The notes below the pieces were generated by a model that saw only the letters and a list, made by a program, of their open reading frames with translations, was not told where the DNA came from and did no database searches. This document shows positions 45,063-59,521 of a DNA stretch of 64,000 bases, piece by piece. Source of the DNA: Paragordius varius (lineage: Eukaryota; Animalia; Nematomorpha); the NCBI GenBank assembly GCA_964247055.1, contig OZ176058.1:3224001-3288000 (forward strand). Reading direction: 5' to 3'. The position numbers were made by a program, and so were the translations under genes. Position 1 is the stretch's first letter. Each line of letters begins with the position of its first letter.

Positions 45063-45328
45063 TACAGTAAAAATTGAAATATACGGACAAAACGTGAAAA
45101 TATAAAGACGACCATATTTTTTAAATCTTGATTTTTTTGAATATAACTTGATTGTTTAAACTGCAAACTATAGGAAATGCGAATTGGTAGCACAATCAAT
45201 TATGTAGTTTACGATTGTAATTAAATATTTTATACAAAAAATTAAGGTTTTAAAGATATGGTTGTCTTTTGAAAAAAATATTTGTCTTTATATTTTTACC
45301 TTTTGTCCGTATAATTTCAGTTTTTACA
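45063..45328. mobile_element. Family-A MITE
   Basis: Both TIRs present. Confidence 0.85.
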
Positions 45329-45767
45329 GCAATAATACAAAACAATATATTATTTTTGGATGTGGCCGATTTTTGGCTCCGTAAAATAATTTCGATATAT
45401 TAATAAAAATTATTTATATGACAGATTATAACAAAAAATTTTAGAATGCTCTGTAATATTATAATTTACTTTTACTTAGGAAACAAAATTTTTAAATCAG
45501 AATTCTAACCGCTTTCACCACGAAATATACCTGTAAATATAATTGTTAAAATAACAATTTGTATCTTAATATAGCATATATTAAAATTTTTTATAGCGCA
45601 TTCTCGTAATAATATTATTTTGAAATTTAAAAGATAAATCATTTCAAAAAATTTTTACATACCAAATCATTTTAAATTTTGCCATATTCTAATATGAAGC
45701 ATTTCACAGTAAACTGCATATAATTTTTATATTATACATGGTTTGATTGATAAATGTTAAAAACATA

Positions 45768-47176
45768 ATGTTTGTTTGTTATAAGCTAGTCATATACTGA
45801 CTCTTGGCTTTCTCATAGATTAGTGTTCTCCATTTTAGGCGATCCTGTGATTCTCTCAACAGTTGATGAAAGGTTAAATTTGTTATTGATTTGAGCACAT
45901 CGATCCACCGCTTTTTGGGTCGGCCCCTTCTGCGGGTGCCATCTACCAACCCAAAGAGTATGCTTTTTTCAAGCGAGTCGGATCGCAGAATATGACCCAG
46001 ATATTTTAGCTGTTTAAAGGTTATTAAATCGTAAAATAAAAATTCGGGTTTAATGAATTTGAGTATGTAAGAATTTGAGATGTGGGCTTTCCAGGAGATT
46101 CCCAATATTTTTCGAAAGCACCACATTTGAAAAGAGTTTATGCGGGCTTTGTCAATGGAATTGCATATCCATGATTCGGACCCATAAATTGCCACGGGGT
46201 ATATCATCGCCTTCAGGATGGCAAGTTTAGTTGGAAGTCTTATGACCGACGAGTTCCAAATTTTGGACAGTTTACCCATAGTAGCACGTCCCAATGCTAG
46301 TCGTGCTCGTATGTCGGGATCCGAGCTACCGTCGGATGTAATTATGGAGCCTAGATATTTACAGTGATCGGTTAGTTCAATGGGGGAGGTATTGATTGTA
46401 AATGGTAGTTGTGGAGCGTTTAGGATTATTATTTTAGATTTAGCTGGGTTCAGCTTAAGGCCCATCAAACTTGCTTCGATGGTGAGATTATTTAAAAGAT
46501 AGGTCATGTCCATGTAGGATTCTGACAAGAGAATGGTGTCGTCGGCGTACCGGAGATTGCAAATAGTAAGACCACCGATCCGTGCCCCAATATGTTGTGG
46601 AAAGTTACAATTGCGTATTAATGTTTCTGTGTATAAGTTAAATAGGAGGGGAGAAAGGACACATCCTTGTCTCACACCTCTGAGAATAGGAAACCAGTCG
46701 GTGGGACCGAATTGAGTTTTAATCGCAGCTGTTTGTCTAGAATACAGCGATTGAAGCAGGAATATTATGTGCGGGGAAACTCCGGAGGATCGTAATATTC
46801 TCCATAGGCAGTCGTGGTTGACTGTATCAAATGCCATACTGAAGTCTAAAAAGCAGCAATATAGACTTTTCCCAAATTCATTGTATCTTCGGATTATTGT
46901 ATTAAGATTGACTATATGATTGGTAGTGTTTCTCTTTGCTCTAAAGCCAGCCTGCACCTCAGATATTTCAGAGTCCAACGAGGATGAGATTCTTTTCAGT
47001 ATAATCTTGAGAAGAAGTTTTGATAGTTTATTGGTGATAGCGATCATTCTGTAGTTCTGACAAAGATGGGGATTTCCCTTTTTAAAAAAGGGTAGGAGAA
47101 AAGATTTAATCCAATCATCCGGCCAAATACAGGTTTGAAAAACTTTTTGTAAAAGATCAGTTAAGAAATAGATAAC
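45768..47176 (-). mobile_element. 5'-truncated RTE-clade non-LTR retrotransposon; open RT frame 45779..47176 (465 aa)
   Basis: WPDDW..LP.FKKG...NYR.I, QAGFR, FLDFSMAFDTV, GVRQGCVLSPLLFNLY, LRYADD, YLGS, and an RTE-type C-terminus (YGSESW, FQMWCFRKILGISW, YLGHILR, RRRGRPKKRW); short (AACA)n tail; no TSD found. Confidence 0.9.
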
Positions 47177-47763
47177 TTAAAATGAAGGACCATTATAAAG
47201 TGTTTATGGACACTCTTGAAGTACAAATGGTATGCTGATAATTTACCAAAAACTGATTATAATATATCACTCGTAATTTCAAGAAGCTCCATGATAATTC
47301 TGATACGTTTTAATCAAATATGTAGTATATCAAGATAATTTTTTGATTGTACCCAGTAATGTACGCAAATTTTGCCATTTTATATGGAGTAAAAAACCCA
47401 AATATGGTTTTCTTAAACTAAAACCAAAAGTACTATGAAAGTCTTGATATTATTTATCAGAATTTAAAATATTTCTAATATCCAATTAATAAGTATGCTA
47501 GATATACTGATTTATTATCTTTTGCATAAAATATATATATTACATTTATAATTTTGATTTTGTTGAGTATATATATTTAAATATATTTTTGTATATATAA
47601 ACATTCATTTTAAAATTTAATTCGATTCGTAAAAATAAGCAAAAAAGGGGTCTTTAATATATAATAAGGAATAAAAAATACATCTTTTTGCATATAGTAA
47701 ATAAATATTTTTTAGCAGTAAATATGACCAGTATTTGATTTAATATATTGCATTTTTTACAAT

Positions 47764-48035
47764 TACAGGTAAAATTGAAAAAATATACAGACAGAATGTA
47801 AAAACTTGAGACAATAATATTTTTTTTAAAGATGGCAAACTTTTTATAATATAACTTGTCGTTTTGGATTGCAAAAAAAATAATAGAGATTAAATTGTTA
47901 CTTACTTTCTATTATAAATATAAAATTGATATAATGTTTTAAACATCTTAAAAGTTTTACGATGATCTAATAGAAAAAAATATTTGACTTTAAATTTATC
48001 CATTCTGTTTGCATATAATTTCAATTTTTACTGTA
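47764..48035. mobile_element. Family-A MITE
   Basis: TACAGGTAAAATTGAAA ... TTTCAATTTTTACTGTA. Confidence 0.75.
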
Positions 48036-48466
48036 TTATTATGACTAAGGGGTATTTAACAAAAACTATTGCGGTAACAAATACAGTGATAATATTTGAA
48101 AAGATAAGGCGTAACCTTGAAGGCAAGATATTTATTAAACCAAAAAGGATTTTAAATTAATAGTTAGTTCTTTTCTTTTTACCAACTTCCGATAGTTTAA
48201 AAAATTTTAACGCTAAATAAAAAAATATTAACATTAGCGCCTAATTTTACGCCATATCTTTGCAAAATTAACTGTGGAAAAAAACTGTAAATTTGCACAG
48301 GGGTGTGGGACTTGTATTGATTTACATAATTTAAATCCACTTTTTTTCCCAATAAAAATCAAAATATATCAACATAAAAATTTGTTGGAGAATTTTAAAA
48401 ATTGAAATAATACATAATAAATTTTTGTCTTAAATCGATCGATTAAAAAAGTAGTTTAAGAGTATT

Positions 48467-51400
48467 TCAACGGAATTCTCGAGTTACGGTTGATGAGGTA
48501 TAGTAATTAGGGTTGTCAGTTCGATATGTTGTAGTTTGTTCATAACTCGTTACAGGGTAACTCGTAGTATATCCAGCTATATATATATATTATAGAGTAA
48601 AAATTGAAATTTAATAAGGACAAAATGTAAAAATATATATAGTTCTTTTGGAAATGATAAACCATTTTGTTATATAATAAATGATTGTGTTGTTACCAAT
48701 ATATATCTCTCTATTTCAAATTTTTCATAAAGGTCAGGAAAAAGTGTGGTTGTTTTTTGAAAAAAATTATCTGTCTTTATATTTTAACGTTTCGTCTGCT
48801 TAATTTAAATTTTTACGATAAAAGCAAATTTTGTTGATTGAATTCATTTTTTAAAATGAATATTTCAATGTGGTTTTTACATAAATAGCCATTTGCATTT
48901 TAACAAAATGGTAATTAATTTATCACTTCATAAAATTTTCACTTTGTCCTAGTTGACGTATTGGGGTAGTTTTATATCCCAGAGCTCAATTTAAATAACT
49001 ACTGTTTTAAAAAAGTTAAACTTAATGATAAAACATTGTTCCCATGTACAGTCATGTATCCTTTATTTAATCTAAAAAAATTTTTTCGTTAAATGGGTAT
49101 AAATATTTGGTGAAGAATGGAAGAAACAAGAGCTCTCTATGGTAATTCTTATAAATTTTGATGAATATGAGATATTGTTTATATCATAGAGCTCTTGTTT
49201 TTTCCATTCTTTACCAAATATTTATACCCCCATTTAACGGAAAAGAATAAATTTTTGATAAAATAAGGGACACATGACTGTATTAGATAAAATAGTTTAT
49301 ATTTCAGTTTAGTGACTTCTAGAGGCTAAAATTGGAACAGCTCTAAAACACGATTGAAACGAACAGCTGATATTAAAATCAAAATATATCAAGTTTTAGC
49401 TGTTAAAATGTAAGAAAGGCTTCTTAAATTTAATTAACCACTATAATATATATTTATTCCTGTTGCCTTAATGATTTAAAAATATTTGTATAGAAAACTA
49501 ATGGTGGTAAAAAAGTGTGAGGTGAGATTTTTTAAATAAATATTTTTATAAATATTCAAATTTTAAATCGCTCCGGGGGATATAAAACTACCCCAAAAGG
49601 TAATAGAGTGTTAAGGAATAATTACCCACTTTTTTTCTTTTATATTTTTAATTAACATTGTTTGTTATGCAATATAATATATGTATATATATACATTTGC
49701 CAAATTTTATAAGGTTTTTTATACATTTTGACAATAAAAAACCATATATATTATCATAACATTATTATACTTTATATTCGGCATGTTCAATTATTAAATT
49801 TTTATTCTATTTTTGAAAATAACAATTTTTGATTACATTACTATTGTATTGCAATGTATTGTTGGAAAAAGAATATCAAATTTTTTTATTACAACAATAC
49901 TAACTAAAATGTTAATTATATTAAACAAAAAAATATATAATAAAAATTAATCAAGGTTAAGAGAGTTGTTTATATTAAATTTTTTATTATTCCTTAATAC
50001 AATATGCCACAATCAATACTTGTATTGTCAAAAACATTAACAAGTATATCGATTTTTAAATATATAGATAGATATAGGTTTGATATTGAAAAATTATATG
50101 TTAATATTAAATATATAAATAAAAAAATAAATTTTATTATATATATATATATATATATAATTAACATTGTTCAGGTGTTTCTTAATTTATTCAATTTAGT
50201 GTTTAAGGTAAAAAAAGCTTTTTTGTGTGAAATATAAAATATTAAATAAAAAAATTTTTTTTGGAAAATAATAATTAAATTTCCTAAATTAAGTCAATCA
50301 AGACTAGACCCTATTAAAAAAAATTTTTATAACTTAATAAAATTTAAATTATCATTTTATTTAACCAGAATTAAATTAAATACTTATTATATCTATTGAT
50401 AACATAATATATAGTATAAGTAACAATAAACTGGCTAGGGTGTTTCCAAGTCGCTTAAAACACTTGTTTTATAACATGTGTCAATATGCATGAATGCTTA
50501 AACACATGTCCAAATAATTTAAAGATTTATAGGTTTTTAATGTAAACACTAACTTATTATAATGGTAAATGATGCTTTAAAACAAACAGCTGTTTTCACC
50601 AATAAAAATGATGTGAATCAAATGAAATCATTCGCAATAATCATATGGTTTCGTAGCACATTTAGACGTTAAAAACAGCTGTTTGTACCAGAATAGACTT
50701 AGCTACCCAAACAAGGTCAAATGCAACGATCATATGGTTTCACACCATATGTTAGTATGTATGAATACGCTACCCGCACATGTTTTAAATACTAGAACAG
50801 CTGTTTTTACCAGGATAGGTCGTAGCTCCTCCCGTAGTGTAGTATCCGCCTGGAGCGGGTTGATCCGTTCGATAAACGGTAGGTGCACCACTGAACCATC
50901 CGCCACCGGTTTCCGCACCAGCTGTTCGTTTGCCTCGACTAAAGAGGTAATAGCAAACACTGAAACAAGCACAACAAGCCAACAAGCACGCAATCACAAT
51001 GGCGGCCACGATACCGCCCCCGATGCGAGCAGCTGTTCGACCATCTGTAACCGTACATATAAAGGTTAAACATGTGATTATAAGTGTATACAAAGAAACG
51101 CAATTTGGGTTACCGTTTATTTGTAGTTAAAAATAAAAAAAATATTCTTTCATGATAAATTAAATTTGACGTAATTTGTTCATACGAATATACATATATA
51201 AAAAAGAATAAAATGATTAATTTTCAAAATCATTCAAAAGTATCAAATTTAATCTTAGATTATATACTGTCATTGTATGATATAAAACGATTAGGAACAA
51301 TAGTTATTTTATTTTAATTGTAAAATTGAAATGGGTTTAAAAAGCAAATCTAGTTACCTATATTTCAATTTTAATAAAAATATCCATATAAAAAATTTAT

Positions 51401-52719
51401 CCATTAAATAATACTTATCAGTGTAAAAACTTTAAGTCAGTTTTTTTTATAATTCTAATTATATTAAAAATAAATTTGTATCAGGTATTCAGCACTTAAA
51501 TTATACAGATAAAACGTAAAAACTAAAAGACAATCATATTATTTTGAAAAAAACAGACACCCACCCATATACTCTCAAAACCTCGGATTTTTTGCCATAT
51601 ATAAAATAAATTACAATTATCAAAATTATATGCTCAAGTGTTTAAAAAATTTTATTTCCCTATTATTCGTCGAAAAATGATCTGGAATATCTTCTAAAAA
51701 AATCAAGATTATACTAAAAAAAGATTTGTCTTCATTTTATTTAACATTTTGTATATAAAATTAAACCTAAAATAAAAAAGCGAAACGTCGAGTCCAAATT
51801 AAAATAAACTCAGTAATAACTTTTTACCTTGCTGAAAAATATTTTCAAATTTTTGATGCCTACTGTAATTTGAATTAACCAATATTAAAGTACATACTGT
51901 ATAATACATCTATATTACTTCTAAATAAAAATCTAATAAAGACAAATAATTTCAATTAAACTTCCCAGTCAAGCCAATTTAAAGACAAAAATGACCAATA
52001 TTAATTCTCTTAACTAATAAAATGTCAAATTGTGTTTTTTTGCCTTATTTTAGTGGAGCGTCTGAAATAAAAATTAATTAGAAAAAAATCTCACATCCAT
52101 GCCTTCTGTAAGGATACTGAGTCCTATACACTTGTTGTTGATAAACAGCTGGTCTCTGAGCCCCATAATTGTATTGATAACCTACGGGTCTTTGATTAGT
52201 ATACTCTGCATAAGAAAAATAAAATTTTGATTAAAATTGAACAGTATGTATATATATATATATATATATATATTTATTCAAAAAATTATTTTCTTTAGTT
52301 AAATGGGTAAAAATATTTGTTAAAGAATGGAAAAAACAAGAGCTCTATGATGGTATTAACAATATCATATTCATTATAAAAGTACATAAAAATTACCATA
52401 AAGCTCTTGTTTTTTCCATTCTTTACCAAATATTTATACCCCCATTTAACAAAAAAAATAAATTTTTGATAAAATAAAGGATACATTACTGTATATATAT
52501 TATATCTTTTTTTGATGTATAAAATTTGGTTTGAAAACAGTTTCAAAATCATCAAATTATCTATACATATTTAAACAAAAAAAATGTTTTTTTCCATTTA
52601 AAAGGTTTTGAATAAATTTAAGCTTAAAACTTACGTCTCTGTGTTCGGTTTAAAGCCGAATCCAATTGATTAATTCCGCCATATTGAACAGCTGGTACAA
52701 CAACAGGTGGGGCTAACAT
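48467..52719 (-). CDS. Uncharacterised single-pass membrane protein, Y/Q/G/P-rich with Cys cluster; complement(join(48467..48576,50811..51044,52095..52205,52635..52719)), 179 aa
   Basis: Four GC-richer islands join through GT..AG introns, all phase 1, into one frame: MLAPPVVVPAVQYGGINQLDSALNRTQR-Q-YTNQRPVGYQYNYGAQRPAVYQQQVYRTQYPYRRHG-Y-GRTAARIGGGIVAAIVIACLLACCACFSVCYYLFSRGKR...TTYP-A-GYTTSYPVTSYEQ...TREFR*. Donors gtaagt, gtgaga, gtaaaa; acceptors tgcag, ttacag, tatag. Confidence 0.8.
49047..49282. mobile_element. Family-F palindromic MITE (TACAGTCATGT..ACATGACTGTA), nested in a D-subfamily copy
   Basis: Near-complete palindrome; second copy at 52241-52492. Confidence 0.75.
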
Positions 52720-54059
52720 GACAATACGAAAAAAAATAATTTAAAATTATACGGACAAAATGTAAAAATTAAAAGACAACCAATATTTTTAATTTTAAGA
52801 CCGCAGAACTTTATTAAACTTGACATTCAGTTTTAAACTGATTGTTTTATTAAACGTACAACAAATGTAAATTTGCTAACACAATCAATTAGATATTTTA
52901 CAATTGTATTCAAATAAGTGCACAAAATCAGGTTTAAAGAAGTATTATGAAATTTATTTTTGAAAAATATTATTTGTCCTTATGTTTTTACGGTCTGATT
53001 TCAATTATTACTGTATTTTACATTTCATTTTCGTTGTACGGGTTAAGAGTAGCAGAAAACCCGATAACAAAAGGTTTTAAATTCAATTAAATTATATTCT
53101 TGTGGCCCAAATAAAAATAATGATATGAAAGAGTTTTTTTATATTATAAATTTTGTATTTTTTTTGGAATCACCGCCAAAAAGCCAGAGTATGCATATTT
53201 TAAATCTGGTCGCAAAATATTTTAAACAATGAAATAGCCAGTCATGTTGAAAATACAAAAAATACAGAGAGTGGTCTTTGGATGAAAATATTAGTTTTTA
53301 TTTTTGCTGTAAAATATTTTTGAACGAATTCCAGCCCCTTGGATTTACTTTAACAAGATTTACACAAACTGGCCTTTAAAATTTTGTTGTACTGATGCAT
53401 TTAACTCAGAGAGAAACAAGTTTGTCGTTAATAAGAGCAAAAACTGAAATTATACGGACAAAACGGAAAAATATAAAGACAATTTTTATCTAAAAGACAA
53501 ACCCATACTTTTAAAATCTTGATTCATTTCAAACTCATTGTTTTAAATGGCAAAGTCTGAATTTATCCACAAAATCAATTTCTTATTTTATAAATACTTT
53601 AAAGCCTATATGAAAAAAATTAAGGTTTTAAAAAGTATGGTTGTCTTTCAGATATTATTATATTTTTACTTTTTGTCCGTACAATTTCAATTTTTAATAT
53701 AAAAGCAAAAAAAATATGTTCGCCAAAAGATATATCGTCTGCGCACCATAATTATGTTTTTTCCGTTATATTAGAAAAAATTGTTTTTAAATTACAAAAT
53801 TATTCAAACAAGCTATTTCAAGTTAATAAACAATTTAGTTTTTTCATATTTTAATTCAAATGTATTTATTTAATTTTATGCACTGATTTTTAATTTATCT
53901 ATTAAAATAATTTAAAATATTGAGATAATTAAATTTATAAAAAATTTTATAACATAAATATTTCTCACCGCAAAATGTAATCATACAATATTTTTAAATG
54001 TTTTATTTTTACTTTTAATATTTTAACAATTTAACTATTTGAACCCAATACCACTTGTG

Positions 54060-54101
<42 letters not shown>

Positions 54102-55107
54102 TCTAATTTTTTTAAAATTATAAAAATATTTATAAAAAGAATTTTTGATATTATACATCTATTCGTATATAAATAAAATTAAATTTGTTTCACAGTAAAA
54201 ATTGAAATTATACGGACATAACGTAAAAATATAAAGACAAATATTTTTTTTAAAAAACATTCATACTTTTTAAGTTATGATTTTTTTAATTAAAACTGAT
54301 TGTTTAAACTGCAAAGTATTAAATAATCAATTATATATATTACGATTGTAATTATTAATGATTCACGTATAAGATAAAAGTGTAATTGTCTTTTGAAAAA
54401 AAAATGTCCTAATATATTTACGTTTTGTCCGTATAATTTTAAATTTTATTACTTTAATATATAAATTAAAAAAACATTTCAAACATTCTTTAAATAACCT
54501 AATAGGCATTTAAAATCACTAATCTTGGATTCGCTTATTTGCTTTTTAAAATAAAAATTTAAAATTTTAGGAGCCATATGTAAAAAACTAAAAGACACAT
54601 TATTTCAAAAAAACTTTATTTTAATATATATAACGCATTATTTTAAAATGAAAAATATTAAAAAGACATAATGTATATTGGAAAACACTCTATTATAAAA
54701 AATAAAGTTTAGCATTTTATTTGGGAAAAAATCAAGGTTTAAAAGGTATGATTGATGTTAGGGGTAATCTTTTTAAATTGTAAAAATTATGTTTTTTAGA
54801 TTTTACATTTTGATCGTATAACTTCATAAATTCTATGTTAATTTATTACATAATTTAATTTGGGTAATCTAATGCTTTACTTATCAAAACTTATTTTTTT
54901 TGAAATTTTAAATGGAAAATATTCATTTTAATATTTCCAAAAATAAATAAATTTTAGGGAATAAAAATTTTAAGTTTGTTTGAATAAAAAAGTGTCACGT
55001 TGGTTAAAACTAGGATTTCAAAAAGTCGCATTATCTAAAGTTTTTATTAAATAAAAATGTTTAATATTAAATCTATATCGATATTAATTACCTTATTTAT
55101 AAGTCTA

Positions 55108-55144
<37 letters not shown>

Positions 55145-58100
55145 TTAACTTAAATTTTATGTTAAAAAGCACTTTAAATTAATAATTTTTTGGATTATTC
55201 ATTAAATATAAAAAATAAGTAAAAAATGTAAATTCATAAAGGTGTGAAAAATAAACAAAAATTATAAAATAAAATGTCAATTTTGCGCCAAAAAAAGCGA
55301 ATTCACCGCGAGAGATTTAAGCAAAATTGCTGATTTATACTATAATTAAAATATATTAAAATTTTATGAATTTTATGGAAATATTTATTATATATATTTT
55401 ATAAATTTTACATACATTATATTTGAAATGTAAAAATTGTGCAACATTATTAAAAACAATAACTTCAAGGTTAGATAAGCACAATGATATATTTTTGGGT
55501 AATTGGTATATGTGACAACAATAAACATGACAATTAAAAAATCAATAAAGATATTTACCAAAAAAACTTAGAAAATTATAGATTAAACTTTTTCGAAAAT
55601 TAAAATTAAACTAGGATTGGCTTAAAAAATAAAATTTAAAATAACAACATTTAAACTTTATAAAATACAATAAATATCCAACTTTTTTTACGAATTTTTT
55701 TTAAAAATTATTATATAATAAATATTATTATAAGACATAATAATTACCATCGTTTTGGGATTTGAGAGATTTTATCTGTATAAAAAATAAAACTGCTAAT
55801 AAAATTTTCATGGTCGAATCGAAGATAAACAACTGATTTAAGTCTATTATGCTAGATGAAGCAGATGATTTATGATTATAAATATTTCTAAAATTTAGCG
55901 GATTTTAGTGCTCAATGATATTGTAAATTAGGCATTTAACATTAAATAACATAAATAGCAAATATATGGATTGATTTGACTTTAGTTTTATAATTTTTTA
56001 ATAAAATGAGTGTCACATTAACATTTATAGAATATGTTGTGTTGTCCTAGAGCTTAGTGTAAATGAAATTAAAAAGGGGTTTGGCCAAAGTGTTAATATC
56101 ATTTTTTTAAAAAATGGTTATATTCGTTGCATCCTCTAACTTTTAGAGTGAAAATTTAGCAACTAAAACCCGACTAAAACAGCTGATTGCAATATTGAAA
56201 ATTTGCTGCTATGTTTTTAAAAATCTCTTAATTTATAATTTTACCTTATTTCATAGTAATTTTTTACCCCATAGTCAAAATACTGTTTTGATAATTGTTT
56301 GATTAAAATAGATTAATATAATTTTCGTCTCGTGCATTAGATAAAAAATTATTTACAGTATTTTGACATCTAGATACCTGCGTTTGGATGGCACCAAATG
56401 TTAAAAATATCATGTAAACTGTAAATTAAAACCTATTTAATGTTAAATATTCTCAAGTTAAAATTATTTGCTTATTATCAGGAAAATGTTTGAAATCGAA
56501 TTATTTCAATTAACAAGCTTATTGTATTAAGCGACTAAAAGGTTGAAAGCAAAGTTAGCCACATGCTAATGTTTTTTTTAAATTTTAATAAACCTTGGTG
56601 TATAATCTTAGTTAAAAGAAATTAAGAAGTGTTAACTATATATATAAACAATATTACATTAGCAAAAAATTTAACTAATATGTGCACTAATTTTGCTATA
56701 TAACGATATCCATCGCACAAAAGTGCACCAGGCATAAACGAAGCGAGTATCCTGATACATATCTAAATTATATATTAATCGGGATGTATTTGTATACCCC
56801 CATATCGAAAAGGTATAGATCAAAATAATTTTATAATTTTAAGTACTAAATAAAAACATTAAATTGTATAATTTACATTCACCCAATATTTTATTAACTT
56901 TATATAACCTTTTAATTTATATCCTTCTGGCATATTAAGCACTAAAGAGTAATGAACTGTTAAGAGCAAAAATTTTATCAAGAGAATGTTTTGTAAAATA
57001 ACAACTTTAAACATATATAATTTACACAGACAAAATCGGAAGGTTAAAAAAATAATGTGAGAAAGACTATGATGCTTTTATATTTCACAGTGCCAAAAAA
57101 AATAACCTGAGAAATATATTTTGTAGTTAAATGTGTCAGAATTATCATAATGCTTTTGGTTTTAGCCGTTACGGGTGAAAAATTACTTACAGTTTTGTGG
57201 TAAGTACTCCATGCCAGAAGATGACAAAATCTGCTCAAATTTTAAATATCTCCATTTCAAAATATTCACCAAACATATCATAAATTGCATATAAAAAGTA
57301 TGCAATATTTTTTAAAAAAATTAAATTTTAAAATATGGGTTTCTGTCCCATTTTTTGTTTTTTTATGTATTCTTTCAATATAAACGCAAAAATGCCAAGA
57401 TTGTGTCACAAAAATATTAAATATATGCTAAATTTCAATATTAACTAATATTATTTATAATTGCATATATTTTTAAAGATTTTAATAATGTTGAGGCGAA
57501 CTTCCCATTATTTTTTGGCATAATATGAAAACGCTTTAAGATATTAATACTTGCTCTTTGTATTTCGATGATGATAAACATATTTCTATCACCTCAGTAT
57601 TTAAAATTATACATGATTGTCCAAATTTATCTTTAATATACAATGGGTTTTTCACAATATCCATCAAAAATAAAACAAACGAACCTTTAAATTAAATGAA
57701 GCGATAATATTCGACATAGAAAATTTTTTTTTATAATATAGAGCTTTTTTATACTTTTATGCAAACTAAAAATATGATAGTATCCAATTTTTGAAAAATG
57801 TATGCATTTTTAAAAATATTTTTATTTGATATGAAAATTTATCATATTAAATTTTTTACCTGGCTATCCCGGTAATTTCGGGCTTATTTTAGGAGAACCA
57901 GCTTATCATCTAAATTTAGAGCGAAAAAATTTGGTTTCAAAGCCCACATCTAATAATTAACTTTTTTAAATTCTTCTTTGCCTTTTTTTGTATTTAATGA
58001 TATTTTTTAATAAAATTTTTTGGAAAAATTACGCAAATTTCGCCATTTTTTGATGTGGAGCACTTACCACAAAAGTGCAAATTTTTTAAATCACTTGGCC

Positions 58101-59117
58101 AAAATCAAAAGAACCCTGATAATCCTGATATGTTTCCTATCATAATATATAGATATTTCATCAGGTTATTGTTTATACCCCCATTTGGGGCTAATGAGAC
58201 GAAAATTTTGCAAAATCGATATACTAGAGCGAAATATTATTATGAAATTTCAGCTTATTAAAATTTATTTCATGGTATATTAGTCGATTTAAAAAAAGGG
58301 CTAAAAGAGATTTTTGGAGTTAACATCTTAAATTTAAAATTATAATGTTTTGCTTTTTAATTGGATACAATACATTCATTTTTTTGGTTTTTCGTTTAAA
58401 TTGGGGTCTTACGTGATCCCAGGCTTGTTTAAAATTAAATATTTTAAAAAATATGAAACAATTTAGAACCATTGATAAAATTAATACATATGTAACATTG
58501 ATGAATTAAATAAAATCCCAGTAAAAACTTAATATTAATTATATTATGAATAACCCAAAGGTAAAAAATTAGCCAACATGACATGCGTGCATTATAAAAA
58601 TATTCAAAAATAAACCACTTTTTCCGGTTATATCAATGTTAGATGCGATTAATATAAAGTAGCTTTAATTTTTAGTTAGAATCATTTAAACTCGATATTT
58701 TGCTAAAATGGTGTATAAATAAAAATGGTGCGAAGTAGTTTGATATGGAACAATTTTGCGAAACTAAATTTTATTTAGATATTTTGGATTCTTTATATAA
58801 TTTTTTTTTAGGACAAAAACATAAATTTGTATTGGAATCGTTTCTATTAGTACTTGTTTAAATAAATAAACTTAAATATAGTGTGGGGTTAAATACCCCA
58901 AATCTTAAATAGATATAATATAAAAATCAGATAAAAATATATATCCTGATGATTAATATTTATTCAGACAGATAATTGTAACATGGTGAATATAGGGCAC
59001 ATTTGATTTTGGGCCTTACGAGTGTTAAGTTATACCTTATCGAAAACGAAATTCGTACATTTTGTACTAAATAATATTTCCCAAAGTAAATTCTACATGC
59101 CAAAAATAGTATCAAGA

Positions 59118-59388
59118 TACAGTAAAAATTGAATTTATACGGACAAAATGTAAAAATATAAAGACAAAAATTTTATTTAAAAGACAACCATACTTTTTAG
59201 GATGGTATTTAGTAACAATTTTAAAATAAAGAATTGATTGAGCTAGTAATATATATCTCTATTTCAGACTTTGCCATTTTAAACAATGAGTTTTATTAAA
59301 ATAAATCGAGATTTTAAAAGTATGGTTGTCTTTTGAATAAAAATATTTGTCTTTATATTATTACGTTTTGTCCGTATTAGTTACTGTA
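59118..59388. mobile_element. Family-A MITE
   Basis: Both TIRs present, TA flanks. Confidence 0.85.
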
Positions 59389-59521
59389 TTTAAAGCTAAT
59401 ATTGAGATAAAGTTATTAAAAAAAATGCAAATTAAAATTTTTAGCTTTATGCAGGAATGGCTAAAAACCTTACTCATTTTATATCGTCTTTAATAAAATT
59501 TAAATGCATTCCAATATTATA

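Noticed and set aside
50683-51069. ORFs 50683..51069 (+) and 50730..50993 (-)
   Set aside because: Antisense or alternative frames over a GC-rich real exon.
50785-51093. ORF-track 102-aa protein with an apparent signal peptide (MYTLIITCLTFICTVTD)
   Set aside because: The 'signal peptide' is the intron's pyrimidine tract ending ttacag at 51045; upstream phase-compatible exons give a better model.
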